A DNA stretch of 64,000 bases from assembly GCA_028023455.1 (NCBI GenBank), contig JAQFVV010000002.1, forward strand, positions 26,722,001 to 26,786,000, given 5' to 3'. The DNA is from Epiperipatus broadwayi (lineage: Eukaryota > Animalia > Onychophora). Both the position numbers and the translations under genes were made by a program. Below the pieces are notes generated by a model that made no database searches, had not been told where the DNA came from, and saw nothing but the letters and a program-made list of their open reading frames with translations. Below, piece by piece: positions 50,653 through 63,349 of this stretch; position 1 is the stretch's first letter, and every line of letters starts with the position of its first letter.

Positions 50653-52587
50653 CTAAAATTGAATAAATAATAAATATATAATTTAAAAAATTAATAGACT
50701 CTTATACAAAAATTATTATATTATATAAAATCTTGATTACATATTTATATAATCATATTTATTATATAAAAAAAATAGCAGATCTGATAATGTGTATTCA
50801 AATGTTTCTGTAAATCAGTTAAAATTTAATTAATTTTCTATAATTTATATATTATGAAAAATGTATTACAATGTTAAATAATAGTTCTGAAAGATAATTG
50901 TAAGAAATTTTTTATTTATTTTACTATATGTTCTTGTTTCAGTTTATTTTAGATCAAAAATAATTAACAACACTTTGCTCAATATAGTTAAATGTTGATC
51001 TTAGAATTTAAAGCTTTCTAAGTTTATTAATTGCTAATGAATTTTAGTTATAAAAAGTAATCATTTGGTAAATTTCTTAGGAGGTTATGATATCTGCACT
51101 CTAGTCAGTTAATCCCAGCAGGTTTTTTTTAAATTACATTACCTTAGTCAAGAATCAATCCTGAAATCTTCAGCACTGATTTTTCCATTTCTATTATTAT
51201 ACTGAAATATATACATCAAAGTAAGATTGTTATAGAAGTCATGTGATGTTTTAGCACAGGAAGTGACAAAATTGAACTTTGATCCAAGGATTTTTAACTC
51301 TCGATTTCTCCATTTTACTATTGTATTAAATCACACAAGTTAATAACCAGTATGTCCTTTCTGCACACATTATTTAATTTTTTTCTTCAGCCACTAATAA
51401 TACTATTTTTATTTATGCACTGTTAACAGAAACTGTGTTTGATAGACAGATTACAAGTTTAATTATACCTATCGATTTTACAATGTCTAAAACACAAAAG
51501 TATTCTCTCTATATATTAAATTCAATATCTTCATCATATGCTAAATGGTTAACAATTATTAATATCCAAAATTTTTACAATTGCCACTATAAATATATAA
51601 TGAAACTCTGATGTTAATATAATGCTGACTTAGTCTAATGTTCATTTAGATAAGGGGAAAAAACTGACAAATTGTGACTATAGTTGGATTCTCAACTAAT
51701 GTCTTCAAGTTATCGAATTTAGTACTGATCTAAATATAAGCTGAAAAAATTATAACATATAAAGATCTACAATTTATGTTTGAATAATCATCAAATTTAT
51801 TCATTAACATTGTTGCTATTTTAAATATTAACTTTAAAAATGCTGTCTGAGTACCATTTGTTATAAAAACATTTAACTATTATCTGACAAAATTTGACAT
51901 AAAAAAACGAGATGAAAGAATGTCTGACAATTAAAAAATTAGTTTTACCAATTGAAGATCTGCTTCTATTTCCAACTTAGAGCAACAATTGTTTTCAAGT
52001 TCATGGCATCACTCCACATCAATTAATTCAATTTATTAGTCAAATACTTCTTTAATAACTATGCCATTTAATTCCATATTTTGAGATTATTTTCTCTAAT
52101 TTATGTAGATAGTAATGCAATTTCTATGATTTTTGATAAGAATAAAAAAAAGGCAAAATTCCGAATGATGAAGAACAAAAAAAAAAAAAACACCAACAAG
52201 TGGCAAATCATGAATATTGCATATAGAGTTTATTTTTACAAATAATTTGAATAATGGTTTGAAAGAACAGAGATAGTGTATCATTTCTCTAGTCAAAAAA
52301 AAAAAAAAAAAGGTGGATGAAAACACTAAATTGATTATGATATATGATTTATAATTTTTCCAAATACGAATTTTTATTAATTAAATTTCTGATAAATTAT
52401 TAAATTTATACAGTATAATAAGATAATAATAAAACTGTATATTACATGGTACTAATCTGTGATAAACATCTACAAGTGATACTATAAATAATAATAATAA
52501 AAAAAGTATATATATTAATAGTAAAACATATATCATTATTTATTATAGTTAATAATAAATAAAAAATAGTACTGCGTAGAATTTTAC

Positions 52588-52697
52588 CTGAGTTTCGCAA
52601 GACAAGTTTGGAACTTTTTACTATTTATTAAAGGGTACAATGACTTATTACATATAATTTCCATGTTTTCTATAAGATCTACAACATTGCAACATTT
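52588..52697 (-). CDS. RPAP1: RPAP1 exon
   Basis: Strong acceptor TTTTTATTTTTAG, phase 0/2: KCCNVVDLIENMEIICNKSLYPLINSKKFQTCLAKL(R). Confidence 0.85.
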
Positions 52698-53069
52698 CTA
52701 AAAATAAAAATACAAATAAATTAAATTATCATTTTTTTTTTACTATCTTTAACAAATATTCAAATAACAAAATGAGCAAAATTTTTACCTGAATTTTGAA
52801 TTTGGAATAGTAATTAGCAATAAAATTAATAGATGATGCCAATAAATTTATTGCTGAATCCTAGAGAGAGGGGGGGAAAAATTACAAAATATTAGTTTTT
52901 ATTAATATTTAAAATATACTAACATGAAATGAGAACATTAAAATTATTTTAAAGCCCAAATAAAGAAGATCTGTAGAGAAATAAAAATAAATCATGGATT
53001 AAGTACCAATAAGCCTAAATTACCAATAAAGTTACAATTCTGAGTATTTTTCTATGGACAATATATTAA

Positions 53070-53560
53070 TAACTTGATACTAAAAGGAAATATACCTATG
53101 TGTTTGAAAAGGAAAGTTTTTAATAAATGTGTTTTACCAGTTCTTACTTATGGATCTGAGACATGGATACCTAATAGAAGAGCAATACAGAGACTTCAGA
53201 CCATTCAAAGAAGTATGGAGAGATGCTTGTTAGGAGTAACAAGAAGAAATCGAAAACGCAATACATCGGTAAGAGAACAAACAAGTGTTACTGACCTCAT
53301 TGAAAAATTAAAGGACTGAAGTGGAGTTGGGCTGGACATATTGCTAGAAGAGATGATAATAGATGGACAATTAAAATCTTAAACTGGATTCCAAGAGATT
53401 TTAAAAGACCCAGAAAGAGACTGTATGTGAGATGGATGGATGAAATAAGAAAGGGTGCAGGGATAATATGGAGAAGAGAAGCTAAAAATCGGAAAAGATG
53501 GATTGAACTTGGAGAGACCTTCACCCTGCAGTGTATCGATAATGATTGATGATGATTATT
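53070..53560 (+). mobile_element. RTE-clade LINE 3' fragment
   Basis: ORF 53074-53319 LKGNIPMCLKRKVFNKCVLPVLTYGSETW..; near-identical family to 8137-8695; (GAT)n tail. Confidence 0.9.
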
Positions 53561-54247
53561 CTCCAATTATGATTAGCCAGATATCTATTTATTAACTAAT
53601 ATCAGATGCATAAGCTATGAATCAACTATCTGAAAAAATCCTGAGTTTTCTTGGAAAATCTTCAATTATTAACATGTTCATGTTTATGAACTTCAGATTA
53701 TGATTATAGAAAGGTAACACAGCAATCACTAAAATATTAAGGATATGCATAGGTGCAATTTTTTAAAATCTTTTTTCTGCTTATTTTTTTTTAGAATGAA
53801 GTTAAAATGTTGAATATTTGTTAGTTACAACAATTACAACATTTGCTCAATTTTGAAAGCAAAAAAAAAATAAAAAAATAAAAAAATATCTGAACGATTT
53901 ATTTACTGTAATCAATTATTTGTATGCCCTTTATTTGTTAAAATAAAAGTATCTATTCCTAAAGCCTTTCCTTTCAAATATTTGTGGAAAAAATAGAATC
54001 CCAAAATAAATTCAATAATAGTAGCATAAAATCATTTTTAGATTACATATTTTAACAAATTCTACTTTATTATTTATTTTAAACCACTAAACATCACATG
54101 ATCACCATTTCTTATGCTTGCTCATAACTGTTATTAAAACATGCAAAACTCTCCATACAGTAGTGCCACTCAATGCAAGTCAGAGTAATCAATGGATGCC
54201 AGAAGGCTTGTGCATAAAATCCCTATCTAGTGTCTACTCATCCAATA

Positions 54248-54289
54248 ACCCCAGACTAGTTTCTGGCTTGTGGCCTTCGTCAGTGAGGA
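54248..54289 (-). ncRNA. Minimal type-I hammerhead, family 1, intact core, sense to the RPAP1 pre-mRNA
   Basis: CCUCA-CUGACGA-A GGC CACAA GCC A-GAAA-C UA G UC-UGGGG; C17 = 54254. Confidence 0.8.
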
Positions 54290-54519
54290 GCCTTTGATCT
54301 GAGAGCAATGCACATAGATCTTAGGATCCAATGCAATCCTCCAGCAGCCACCTTTTATCTCTACTTAACTACAAAACTATGAAAATAAAAATTGAAAACA
54401 CAATAATATTTTCAATCCAAGCTCATTAGCTTATATAGTCATAAGGTCTGAGTTAAGTAGAGATAATTTAAGTGGCTGCTGGAGGGTTGCATTAGATCTT
54501 AAAATCTAGGTACAGTGCT

Positions 54520-54586
54520 CTCAGATCCAAGGCTCCTCACTGACGAAGGCCACAAGCCAGAAACTAGTCTGGGGATATTGGATGAG
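54520..54586 (+). ncRNA. Minimal type-I hammerhead, family 1, intact core with extended stem I
   Basis: Stem I UCCUCA/UGGGGA extended by UCCAA/UUGGA and CUCA/UGAG; core CUGACGA at 54540-54546; stem II GGC/GCC closed by A.A; GAAA at 54560-54563; palindrome ACUAGU; C17 = 54569. Confidence 0.85.
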
Positions 54587-54771
54587 TAGGCACTAGATAG
54601 GGATTTTATGCACAAGCCTTCTGGCATCCATTGATTACTATGGCTTGCATTGAGTGGCACTAATGTATGGAGAGTTTAGGCTGTTTTAATTATTTATTTT
54701 GTTTTATATTTATCAGCAATAATATTTTAAAAAGATTATATAGTTATTTTAACTTTAAAATGTGTTTTTTT

Positions 54772-54812
54772 ATCATCATCATCATCATCATCATCACTAT
54801 CATCATCATCAT
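54772..54812. repeat. (ATC)n microsatellite
   Basis: About 12 ATC units with one interruption; same motif as the RTE tails in this window. Confidence 0.85.
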
Positions 54813-55621
54813 ATTTAGGCATAAATAGATACCAAAAAAAAAATATAAATAATCGTTCTTATAGTCAAATGAATATATAACTTAGTAAACTGCTGATTTT
54901 CTGCAAACTAAAAAGCATATATTAAAATAATTAAATAAATTCTGTAAAATTGAAGTAATAGATTAAAAGCCTTAATTTATTTTCATCTCAATAATAGGAG
55001 TACAAATTATCTCGGAAGAAAATTAACAAGCTGACAAACTTTAAATATGCTCTTAGCAATGTACTCATACCTTTTATTAGAATTTTTTTTAAAAATGTTA
55101 TTATTTATATTGAGGAGTATAAATGCTTGTTACATATTTATTTGTGGAAGTAATCTTACTGAAAGCTATGAATCTGGGATAATTAAATATGTTTTTATGA
55201 GATAACAATTAAATCCTTATGTAAGTCAGTGGTTGCAAATACAATTTAAAAAAAAAAAAAGAGGAGATCCTAAAAAAGACCATACTAAATTTACTTAAGA
55301 TTTAAAAAACTCTAACTGGATTACAAGTGGCAATTGATTATACTAAAATTAATATGTTATTTACTCCATACATCTGATAAAAGAGGATCTTAGTACATTA
55401 AAAGTATTCTTTTAGGCCTTCTTTTGTAGATAACCTGACCATCAAATATGCTGTTATATAAAAATAAGTAACTTAAAACTTTATATAGATTATAATAATC
55501 ATTAACTGCAAGCACTTGTCCCCCGGGCATTCTGAATGCCAAATTTTTATATATTTATCCTTGATCAAGGTTTGTTTATAATCGTAGTAGGATATCATTC
55601 TTATTGAAATGTTTGTTTTTG

Positions 55622-55947
55622 AAGAAAAATTGGCAGATATCAAGTAGAATGAATATTATAAGTTTTAATCTTTTTTTTGGGATTAGCATTTAAAACACTC
55701 TTCAAAAATTAGATATGTACATTTAGGGTTTCTCATGCCATTTCACCATTGATAAATACAAACAAGTTTACGAATCCTAGTCTAAAGAAAAATTGGCAGA
55801 TATCAAGTAGAATGAATATTATAAGTTTTAATCTTTTTTTTGGGATTAGCATTTAAAACACTCTTCAAAAATTAGATATGTACATTTAGGGTTTCTCATG
55901 CCATTTCACCATTGATAAATACAAACAAGTTTACGAATCCTAGTCTA
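55622..55947. repeat. Perfect 163-bp tandem duplication
   Basis: 55622-55784 appears identical to 55785-55947. Confidence 0.9.
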
Positions 55948-57752
55948 CGATTTAAATACACTTTGATCAAAAATGTTCCTTATAAAAATTTGATAAAAAA
56001 ATTCAGTTTAAAATTATAGTTATCTCCTATGTAACAGCATATGATTTCTAATTTAATAATAAAAAAAGACTTTTAGAATGCTTAGGTTCTACTTAGAATT
56101 AATAAATTGTGCAAATAATAATTTTGGCCTGATGATTCAAAGAATTCTAGGAATGATTGATAAGTAATTTTTAATTAAATTATTATGGATATCATTACTG
56201 AAAAGACAATATATAAAACCAGTAACTTAGAATATTTTAGCATTTCATTATTTCAATTAAAACTAAATCTAGTATTTGTAAGTTTTCAAGTAAACCAAGA
56301 TGCCATCCCTTATTTTTGACAAATGTACAGTTTCAAGGGCTTTTAATCTACCTGCTGTGTCTTATGACCAGCAAGTAAATAAATGGACAAAGGCAGAATT
56401 GAGATGGTAAGATTATAGTTTAATACGGATAATTTTAACTATATACATAGCCTATTATAAGGCGAAATAAAATAATAAAAGGTCGTAGTGACCTGCATAT
56501 AAATACCCTAGTCCTGGGACTTACAGAGGCAGGAGTCTCTGACTATAATTAAAACTCAGAACAATTAGATCAGGTTATGGGGGTTTATATACCCCTCAAG
56601 ACTTCTGGAGTCTTTTACATTCCTAACCATATATGGTGTTTTCACTTACGTTTTCACATACATACAGTATTTTCACGTTTCTCACCATATATGGTATTTT
56701 ACATAGTTTTCTGACCCTATAAGGTCAGCTGGGTTTTCTATTATTATACAACTTTCTATGATTTAACAACATTGCAATTTTACACAATAGTTATTCTTAA
56801 TTACTGTACAGTTATTTTACATATTTATTATACATTACAGTTATTACTTTTATTCTACATTTATACAATTATTATTATTGTTTTATATATTCGTTATACA
56901 GTATTTATACAATTATTATGTGTTTATATCTTGACCTTGAATACTGCACTACCAAAGATGTGTTAGCTGTTAAATTAAAACAAAATTAATAAATCGATTG
57001 TTAAATTTAAAAAAAAAAAAAAAATTCTGATAAATTTCATCAAGAAGTTTTATTTCAATTTTTTTTTTTACTTATAACATGGGAAGCAATGAGACGTTCT
57101 TAACATTGTTGTACTTTGGTTCAATTCAGTGTGTTTCTTTTTGTCAGCAGTGTTTTTGGTAAATTGTCATAAGGATAAAAATTTGGGACTTCGCTGTCAC
57201 AGAACATTTTGCAGTGGACTATTTCCAAAGGGAGGGAATCCTGCCTCCTGAAAAGGGTGCACTAACGGTCACGATATGAATGCATGCCACTGACCTGAAT
57301 AAAGTGTAAATATTGTATTTATATATATATTTTATTTTTCTGTTAATAAGTTAATCCCCCCAAAAAATAAACAAACTGTAAATATTGTAATTAATTTTTC
57401 CACAATGCTTTCTTTTTTTAAAATAACAGTAATAAAAAATAAAATGTAATTATTAAATACGTTCCTAGCAGGCATTTTTTCAGTAAACATGGGGGGGGGG
57501 ACTGCAGATTTATCAAAAATGCAGGTTAGCATCTTGGTTCACTTGAAAGCTTGCAAGTACTCTAAATCTTTAGAATTGTTAAGACATTTTTTCATTTCTA
57601 ATTGTTCATCATAATTTTATTAATATTCAAACCGATTTTAATTTCAGAGGACTAAAAAGAATTGACAAAAAAGTTGTAAGGATATCTACAAGATCTCACT
57701 TTGTGAATTATTTATTTCAACTTCTGTATTCCGTCATTTCAATCTAAAATGC

Positions 57753-57966
57753 CTTTAGGCAGCATTGTTTGTAAAATCTATCCAAAACAAATAAATGACC
57801 GGCTATAATTACTGTTACTACTTTACCCGTTGCATCACAACTTACTTCAGAAAACTCATCTTGGCTGAACTCCCAACACCATTTGTGTAAACAAATTTCA
57901 ATTGGTTCAAGTAAACAGCTGATGCTAGTCCAGTTTATGGGTGGCGGAGGTTTGCATTCTTTGGAT
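57753..57966 (-). CDS. RPAP1: RPAP1 exon (3' boundary either GC donor after 57753 or GT donor after 57846)
   Basis: SKECKPPPPINWTSISCLLEPIEICLHKW..VIIAGHLFVLDRFYKQCCLK (RPAP1 P.V.W..VS.L...E.CL motif); both donors are phase 0. Confidence 0.82.
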
Positions 57967-59417
57967 CTTAATGGAAAAAAAAAAGTTACTATCAAAATAA
58001 AAATAAGTTAAAATCTATAAATATACATAAATTAATGTATATAATATTTAAGTATAAGTAACCAAAACTTCGGAAATTATGTATACACATCTCATACATC
58101 AATAAATGTAAAAACTTTCTGAAGATTTTGATTACTTCCACTTAAATTTATTTTATATATATATATATGTACACAGAGACATATTTATGATATGTTCAGT
58201 TAATTAGATATTAGCTTATGTTCGAGTGTCTGAATGATAGAAAAAGCATAATAGTTCCACTAAACATCAACTTCTTTTTCTGGCTAATTATGATTACTTT
58301 CCTTAAACAAAAACTGATTCTGAAAATTGACTGCTCCACTACTATTTGTAGGCTATCTGTACATTTATGTAACTATTAACATGATATGTATAACGCAAAA
58401 AAATTTTCTGGCCCTTTTATAAAAATTAGAACTTTTAATTCATATATACTTTGGTCAATTTGAAAAAATGCATATCATATTTCTTATGTATTATACAATA
58501 TACAATATTAAAATGCATAACTATGTGAACAAACAACTATTAAACTTACAACAGTAAAATTGAGAGCAGAGATGGTCTCAGATTTATAAGACGTTATGCA
58601 ATAAGTTAATTTCTGCATCACTTCAATGATTATTTTGCAGTAATTGGTGATTGTGTAATAATTAAAGAATCATAGTTTTATAATTAGCTAAACAGGGACC
58701 CATCAGTATTCTATATTATATACTTATAAGAATTAAAATTCATGTTTTTATGCATGCCTTTATGTATTCACATTTCCATATAAATTTTCATGTGTCACTG
58801 AATAAATTCATAAAATAAAATAAAAAAAACCAACGATTTTTTTAAATAAATCTAAAAAGCATCTAGGCAGTTTGTTTCGCATTATTAACAAAACCCAATA
58901 ATTAAAAAATAATAATAAACAAAATGACATCAAAAAATTTATGAAACAAGTAATTTTTTTATTCTTTAACTGATTCAATATACTTTATGATAAACCAAGA
59001 TGATTGTGGATGCAGTATTTCAAAATAGTTTAAAAAAATATTTTTTATTTTATGCAAATTTAATAAAAATTTAAAGATTTAAAATTTTTCATTACAGTAT
59101 GTTTTTGTTTACAGCGAATTTTTTTGGCTCATATAAAATATTCTCAAGAGTATATAAATACACATAAAAATTTTCTTGGTAGATTATGACAGTCAAGCAA
59201 AAAAGAGGTGGGCTGAGTAGAATAACAACCCAGGGATCTCTAGCAGTCGAGTTTATCAGGGTCACTTCTAAACTAAATTGCTTAAAGCAAGAATTTATTT
59301 TGAGTGTATATTAACAGAGGGAGGGGGGGGGATCGCTGTAAATTTACCTATAGATCTCTTTATAAGTCCTTCTCCCCTTCTACCCCCCCCCCTTCCCATT
59401 TTTCTCAAATTACTTAC

Positions 59418-59585
59418 AGTTTCATTTCAGTATGGATCTCTTCATGTGAGGCGGCCACTGATACTAACGTTTCCAATAAACTGATTAAAGTAGCTGCTCG
59501 TTCACATTTAAAATTTCCAGAGTCACCATATAATGATAAATTTTGACAAAAGACCAGCTGCTGTAAAATTACAGGATACAAATCT
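59418..59585 (-). CDS. RPAP1: RPAP1 exon (most 5' exon inside the window)
   Basis: Phase 2/2: DLYPVILQQLVFCQNLSLYGDSGNFKCERAATLISLLETLVSVAASHEEIHTEMK (RPAP1 ELYP.L..R.A.L..LL..L motif). Confidence 0.88.
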
Positions 59586-59949
59586 CTGTCAAAAAAAAAA
59601 AAGATAAACATAACAGTTAACAATGGAATAAATCATTTACATTAAATAACATAAACACAAATAATAAAATCATCAATTATTATTAAATCTATTGAAATTA
59701 ATGCACCACTGCGATTCATGATCCCCTATATCATTATCATTGCTTTCTTTTTAACCATCTTTAGAGTTATGAATGAATAGTTTTCACGCTTTATTTTTTG
59801 GCTAGATGTGAAAAAACAGATTAATTTTTTATGTATTTAATTAATATGACTAATTATTCTTATAATAAACACAAACCCTGCCAAGGAGCTGATCAGATAT
59901 ATGCTAATATTTATTATACCTATATATATTAAAGCCGTATCAACCTGAG

Positions 59950-62690
59950 TGCAACCACATTAATCAAGATGAAGTGCTATACAAAAATAAGGAGAAAAAA
60001 AAAGTCAACCTACTTTATTATGTGCCATTGAAATAATCTACATAAAAAAGTAAAAGAAAACTGATTTATAATAAAAAATAAATATACACGTTTATTTAGT
60101 AATAAGGAAAGCCAATTCAGTACTAAACCAGTCGATATAGTCTTGCAAGATAGATCAACTCCTGTTATTTTCAGGCCTAGAAAAGTTTGTTTTGCGTTAC
60201 ATGCTATAGTGGAACAAGAGTTAAATGATTTAGTTAGCAAGGGAGTGTTGATGCCGGTCGAGAAGGCCGATTGGGCCACTCCGATTATACTGATATCTAA
60301 ACCAAACGGACAAATTCGCATTTATGGAGATTACCATACTGCAGTAAATAAGAACCTTATAAAGAGTCAATATCTGGTGCCTAACATCAGAGAAATATTA
60401 GCTAATATGGAACTGGCAAGTTATTTCGTTAAAATTGATTTGAGATCTCCAAACCATCAGATTCCAGTTTCTAAAATGCACCATGGAATTGTTAACTATC
60501 ACTACCCACAAGGGATTGTTTAACTACAATAGGCTGCCTTGAATTACCATTGCATCAAATATCTTCCAAGCCAAAATGGACATGCTGTTCCAACAAATGG
60601 AGGGAATAATATCGTATTTTGATGATATTGTAATAGTTGCTAATTCAGAAGAGAAATTATGCGAGCACCTTTTTAAAATTTGCAATAAATTATCTCATTT
60701 CGGAGCGAAAAAAACCCAGAAAAATGTATCTGGATGACAACTGAAATAAAGTTCATGGGGCATATCATATCAAAAAAGGAAAAGAAATCTCACTCTCAAA
60801 GGATTGCAGCCGTAAAAGAAGCCCCAAGACCCAGAAATGTGTAAGAACTACAGGCTTTTCTAGGCCTACTTAATTATTTTGAAACTTTTCTGGAAAAAGC
60901 GCATATAGCACAACAACTGTATAATTTGTTAAGAAAAGGTGAAAAATGGCATTGGGATCAGATCCAAGAAAAAGCATTTAGTGCTACAAAGGAATTTCTT
61001 ATGTCAGATAGTTTATTAGTACACTGATAGCAGCCTCAAATTGATACTAACAATGGATGCATCAGATTTTGGGGTCGGAGCAGTATTAAGTCATACAGTG
61101 TCTGAGGGAAAGCGACCAATAGTTTTTGCTTTGAGAACATTAACCAAAGCAGAGTCAGTTGGATAAAGAGCCATTGGCTATTATATTTCCAGTGAAAAAA
61201 TTTCACAAATACTTATATGGGTGGCCATTCAAGATCTTTACTGATCACAAGCCACTATTAGGAATATTAGCTAAAAATAAAACTGCTCCGGATCACTTAA
61301 GCCCTAGATTGTTATGTTGATTAAATTTATTAGCAGGTTATGATTTTGAGCTAAATTTTAAAAAGAGAAAGGTCATTAAGCATGCATATATACTGTCGAG
61401 AGTCCCCAATTAAATCAGCTCCATCATTAACTACATGGACAATTGGAATAAAGTAGTAATAGATAGCAAAAAGTAGCGAGTTGGACAAAAGCTGAGCATG
61501 GTTACAACTTGTTAATAGAATGGATCAGCAAGAACTGGCCTAAAAATCGACCTGAGATACTGCATAAAACTTTACGGGATGTAAGAAAAAAACTTTATAA
61601 ATAAAGGGATGGGTGTTAATGGACGATAAAAGTATTAATACCTAGTAGTGGTCATCACCAAGTTCTACAGCTTATTCATCAAGGCCATCCTGGTATCATA
61701 TGGGATAAAGCACTTGCGTGAAGTTATGTTAAGTGGCATGGAATTAATTCAAAAATAGAACAATTCGTGAAAACCTGTGAGAATTGCCACGTAAATGCAA
61801 ATGTTCTAAAGAGAAATTATATGGCCTGGCTTGTAGTCGATAAAGCTTGGAGCCACATTCACATTGACCATGCCGGATCGTTCCATGGCTACATTTTTTT
61901 ATTAGTGATCGACTCGTATTCAAAGTGGACTGAATATAGAATTGAAAGAAATACGAGCACTGAAGAAACAATCAGAAAACTTAAGGAAATTTTTGCTTCC
62001 TACAGTTTCCCAGAAACTATAGTATCAGAAAATGGAATCAGTTTCACATCCACTAAATTTGAGGATTTTCTGAAGGAATGGGAAATTAGATATATAGCCA
62101 CACCCCCGCATCATCCTAAGTCCAATGGAATTGCAGAAAAGACAGTACAAATGCTAAAGAAAATGCTATGGAAGGAAGGAATTGCAAATATACAAGAAAC
62201 GTTATATTCTGCCTTATTGTATCAGCAGAGTACACCGACGAGTAGTATGGGAAAATCTCCAGATGAAATAATATTTGGACAGAAGATCGTACAAAGTTAT
62301 TGGTGATTCTCCCAGATCAAAATTTTTCAAGTAATGAAAACAACAGCACAGAATGGTAGCATGCAGTGGGAGAAAAAGTCTGGGTGAGAGATGTGCTTGC
62401 AAAATACTGAGTGAAAGGCATCTATCAAAACAAATAGTAGTAGTTGAGACAGAAATGGGGAAAAGCACACAAAAACATCTAAATCATGTCAGACGTCGGG
62501 AAGAAGAAATTGAGCGAACTGGAAGTAATGTAGTGCCGGACATTCCAAATTATATAGAAGAAGTGGACTCATCGGAAGTAAACGAAGAACCCAAAGCAGA
62601 CAAAGACATTACTCTTGAAAAGGAAGCAAGCCCGCGTAGGTCACAAAGAATCAAGAATGAACCGAGGAAAACTATGTAAGACTTCAAAAA
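59950..62690 (+). mobile_element. Ty3/Gypsy LTR retrotransposon pol remnant (RT-RNase H-integrase), 5'-truncated and decayed
   Basis: RT: WATPI..KPNGQIRIYGDY..VNK, KIDL, YFDDIVI (~60614). RNase H: DASDFGVGAVLSH (~61055). Integrase: H.GHPG..C..C, WSHIHIDHAG, LLVIDSYSKW, PETIVSENG..F, PPHHPKSNGIAEK. Multiple stops and frameshifts. Confidence 0.93.
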
Positions 62691-62713
62691 TTGTAATTTT
62701 CGAAGTAGAGAGG

Positions 62714-63270
62714 TGCTTTATATGTGTATATTTAGAACTCAAAGAAATAGGGTAATTAGAGATAAAGTAAATGATAAGCATTACCAGATTAGAAAGTGAT
62801 TAATTAAAAGATAAAGAATAATTATATTTAGTTATTTTCTAGAACATTGCATATTACGGGGAAATATATAAAAACTCGAAGATAAGGAAAATCGAGGTCT
62901 TTTTACACATACTCGCATCGTGGGATCTGCTCGTGCTAGAAAAGATACAAAGTGACTGAGTGTAATGAGGACTATGGAGGGACCCAGTGAACTTCCTCAC
63001 TAAGGTACCAAAGTGGACCTAGGGACTATACAGGCCACATTGGCCTTATTATAATTTATGTAAGCCTCGTTGGAATTTCCTAATTAATATTATTAATATG
63101 ACTAAATTATAAATATATTAAGCATATTGGTAAAATCTTACTATTAGTAACTTGCGGCAAATAAAGTTAGTATTTTGTTAAAAAACCTTGTTTCCAAGTT
63201 GCTTTTATTTCTGTTGGTCTGACCACTTTTACCCCCGATTGTAGTATTCAGGGTGGCTGTATACAAACAG
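62714..63270 (+). mobile_element. Probable 3' LTR of the Gypsy element (3' end uncertain)
   Basis: Purine tract GAAGTAGAGAGG (62702-62713) followed by TG; TATA-like at ~62865; AATAAA at ~63159; no matching 5' LTR in the window. Confidence 0.4.
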
Positions 63271-63349
63271 CAATAACCTATTTAAAATTTTACAATAATC
63301 TAAAAACTTTTTTCTTATTTTACAAATAATTGATTTTATTTTGGCGTAA

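Larger units (their letters stand above)
54081..54688. mobile_element. HHR family-1 element, longest copy: forward copy with tail on - (54081-54450) plus inverted tail-less copy on + (54451-54688)
   Basis: TSD ATTATTTATTTT at 54069-54080 and 54689-54700; ~230-bp inverted arms separated by ~80 bp. Confidence 0.92.

Noticed and set aside
56340-56960. Possible solo LTR (GC-richer, TATA-like, degenerate TTATACAATTATT repeats)
   Set aside because: No clear TG..CA ends, TSD or match to the 62714 LTR.
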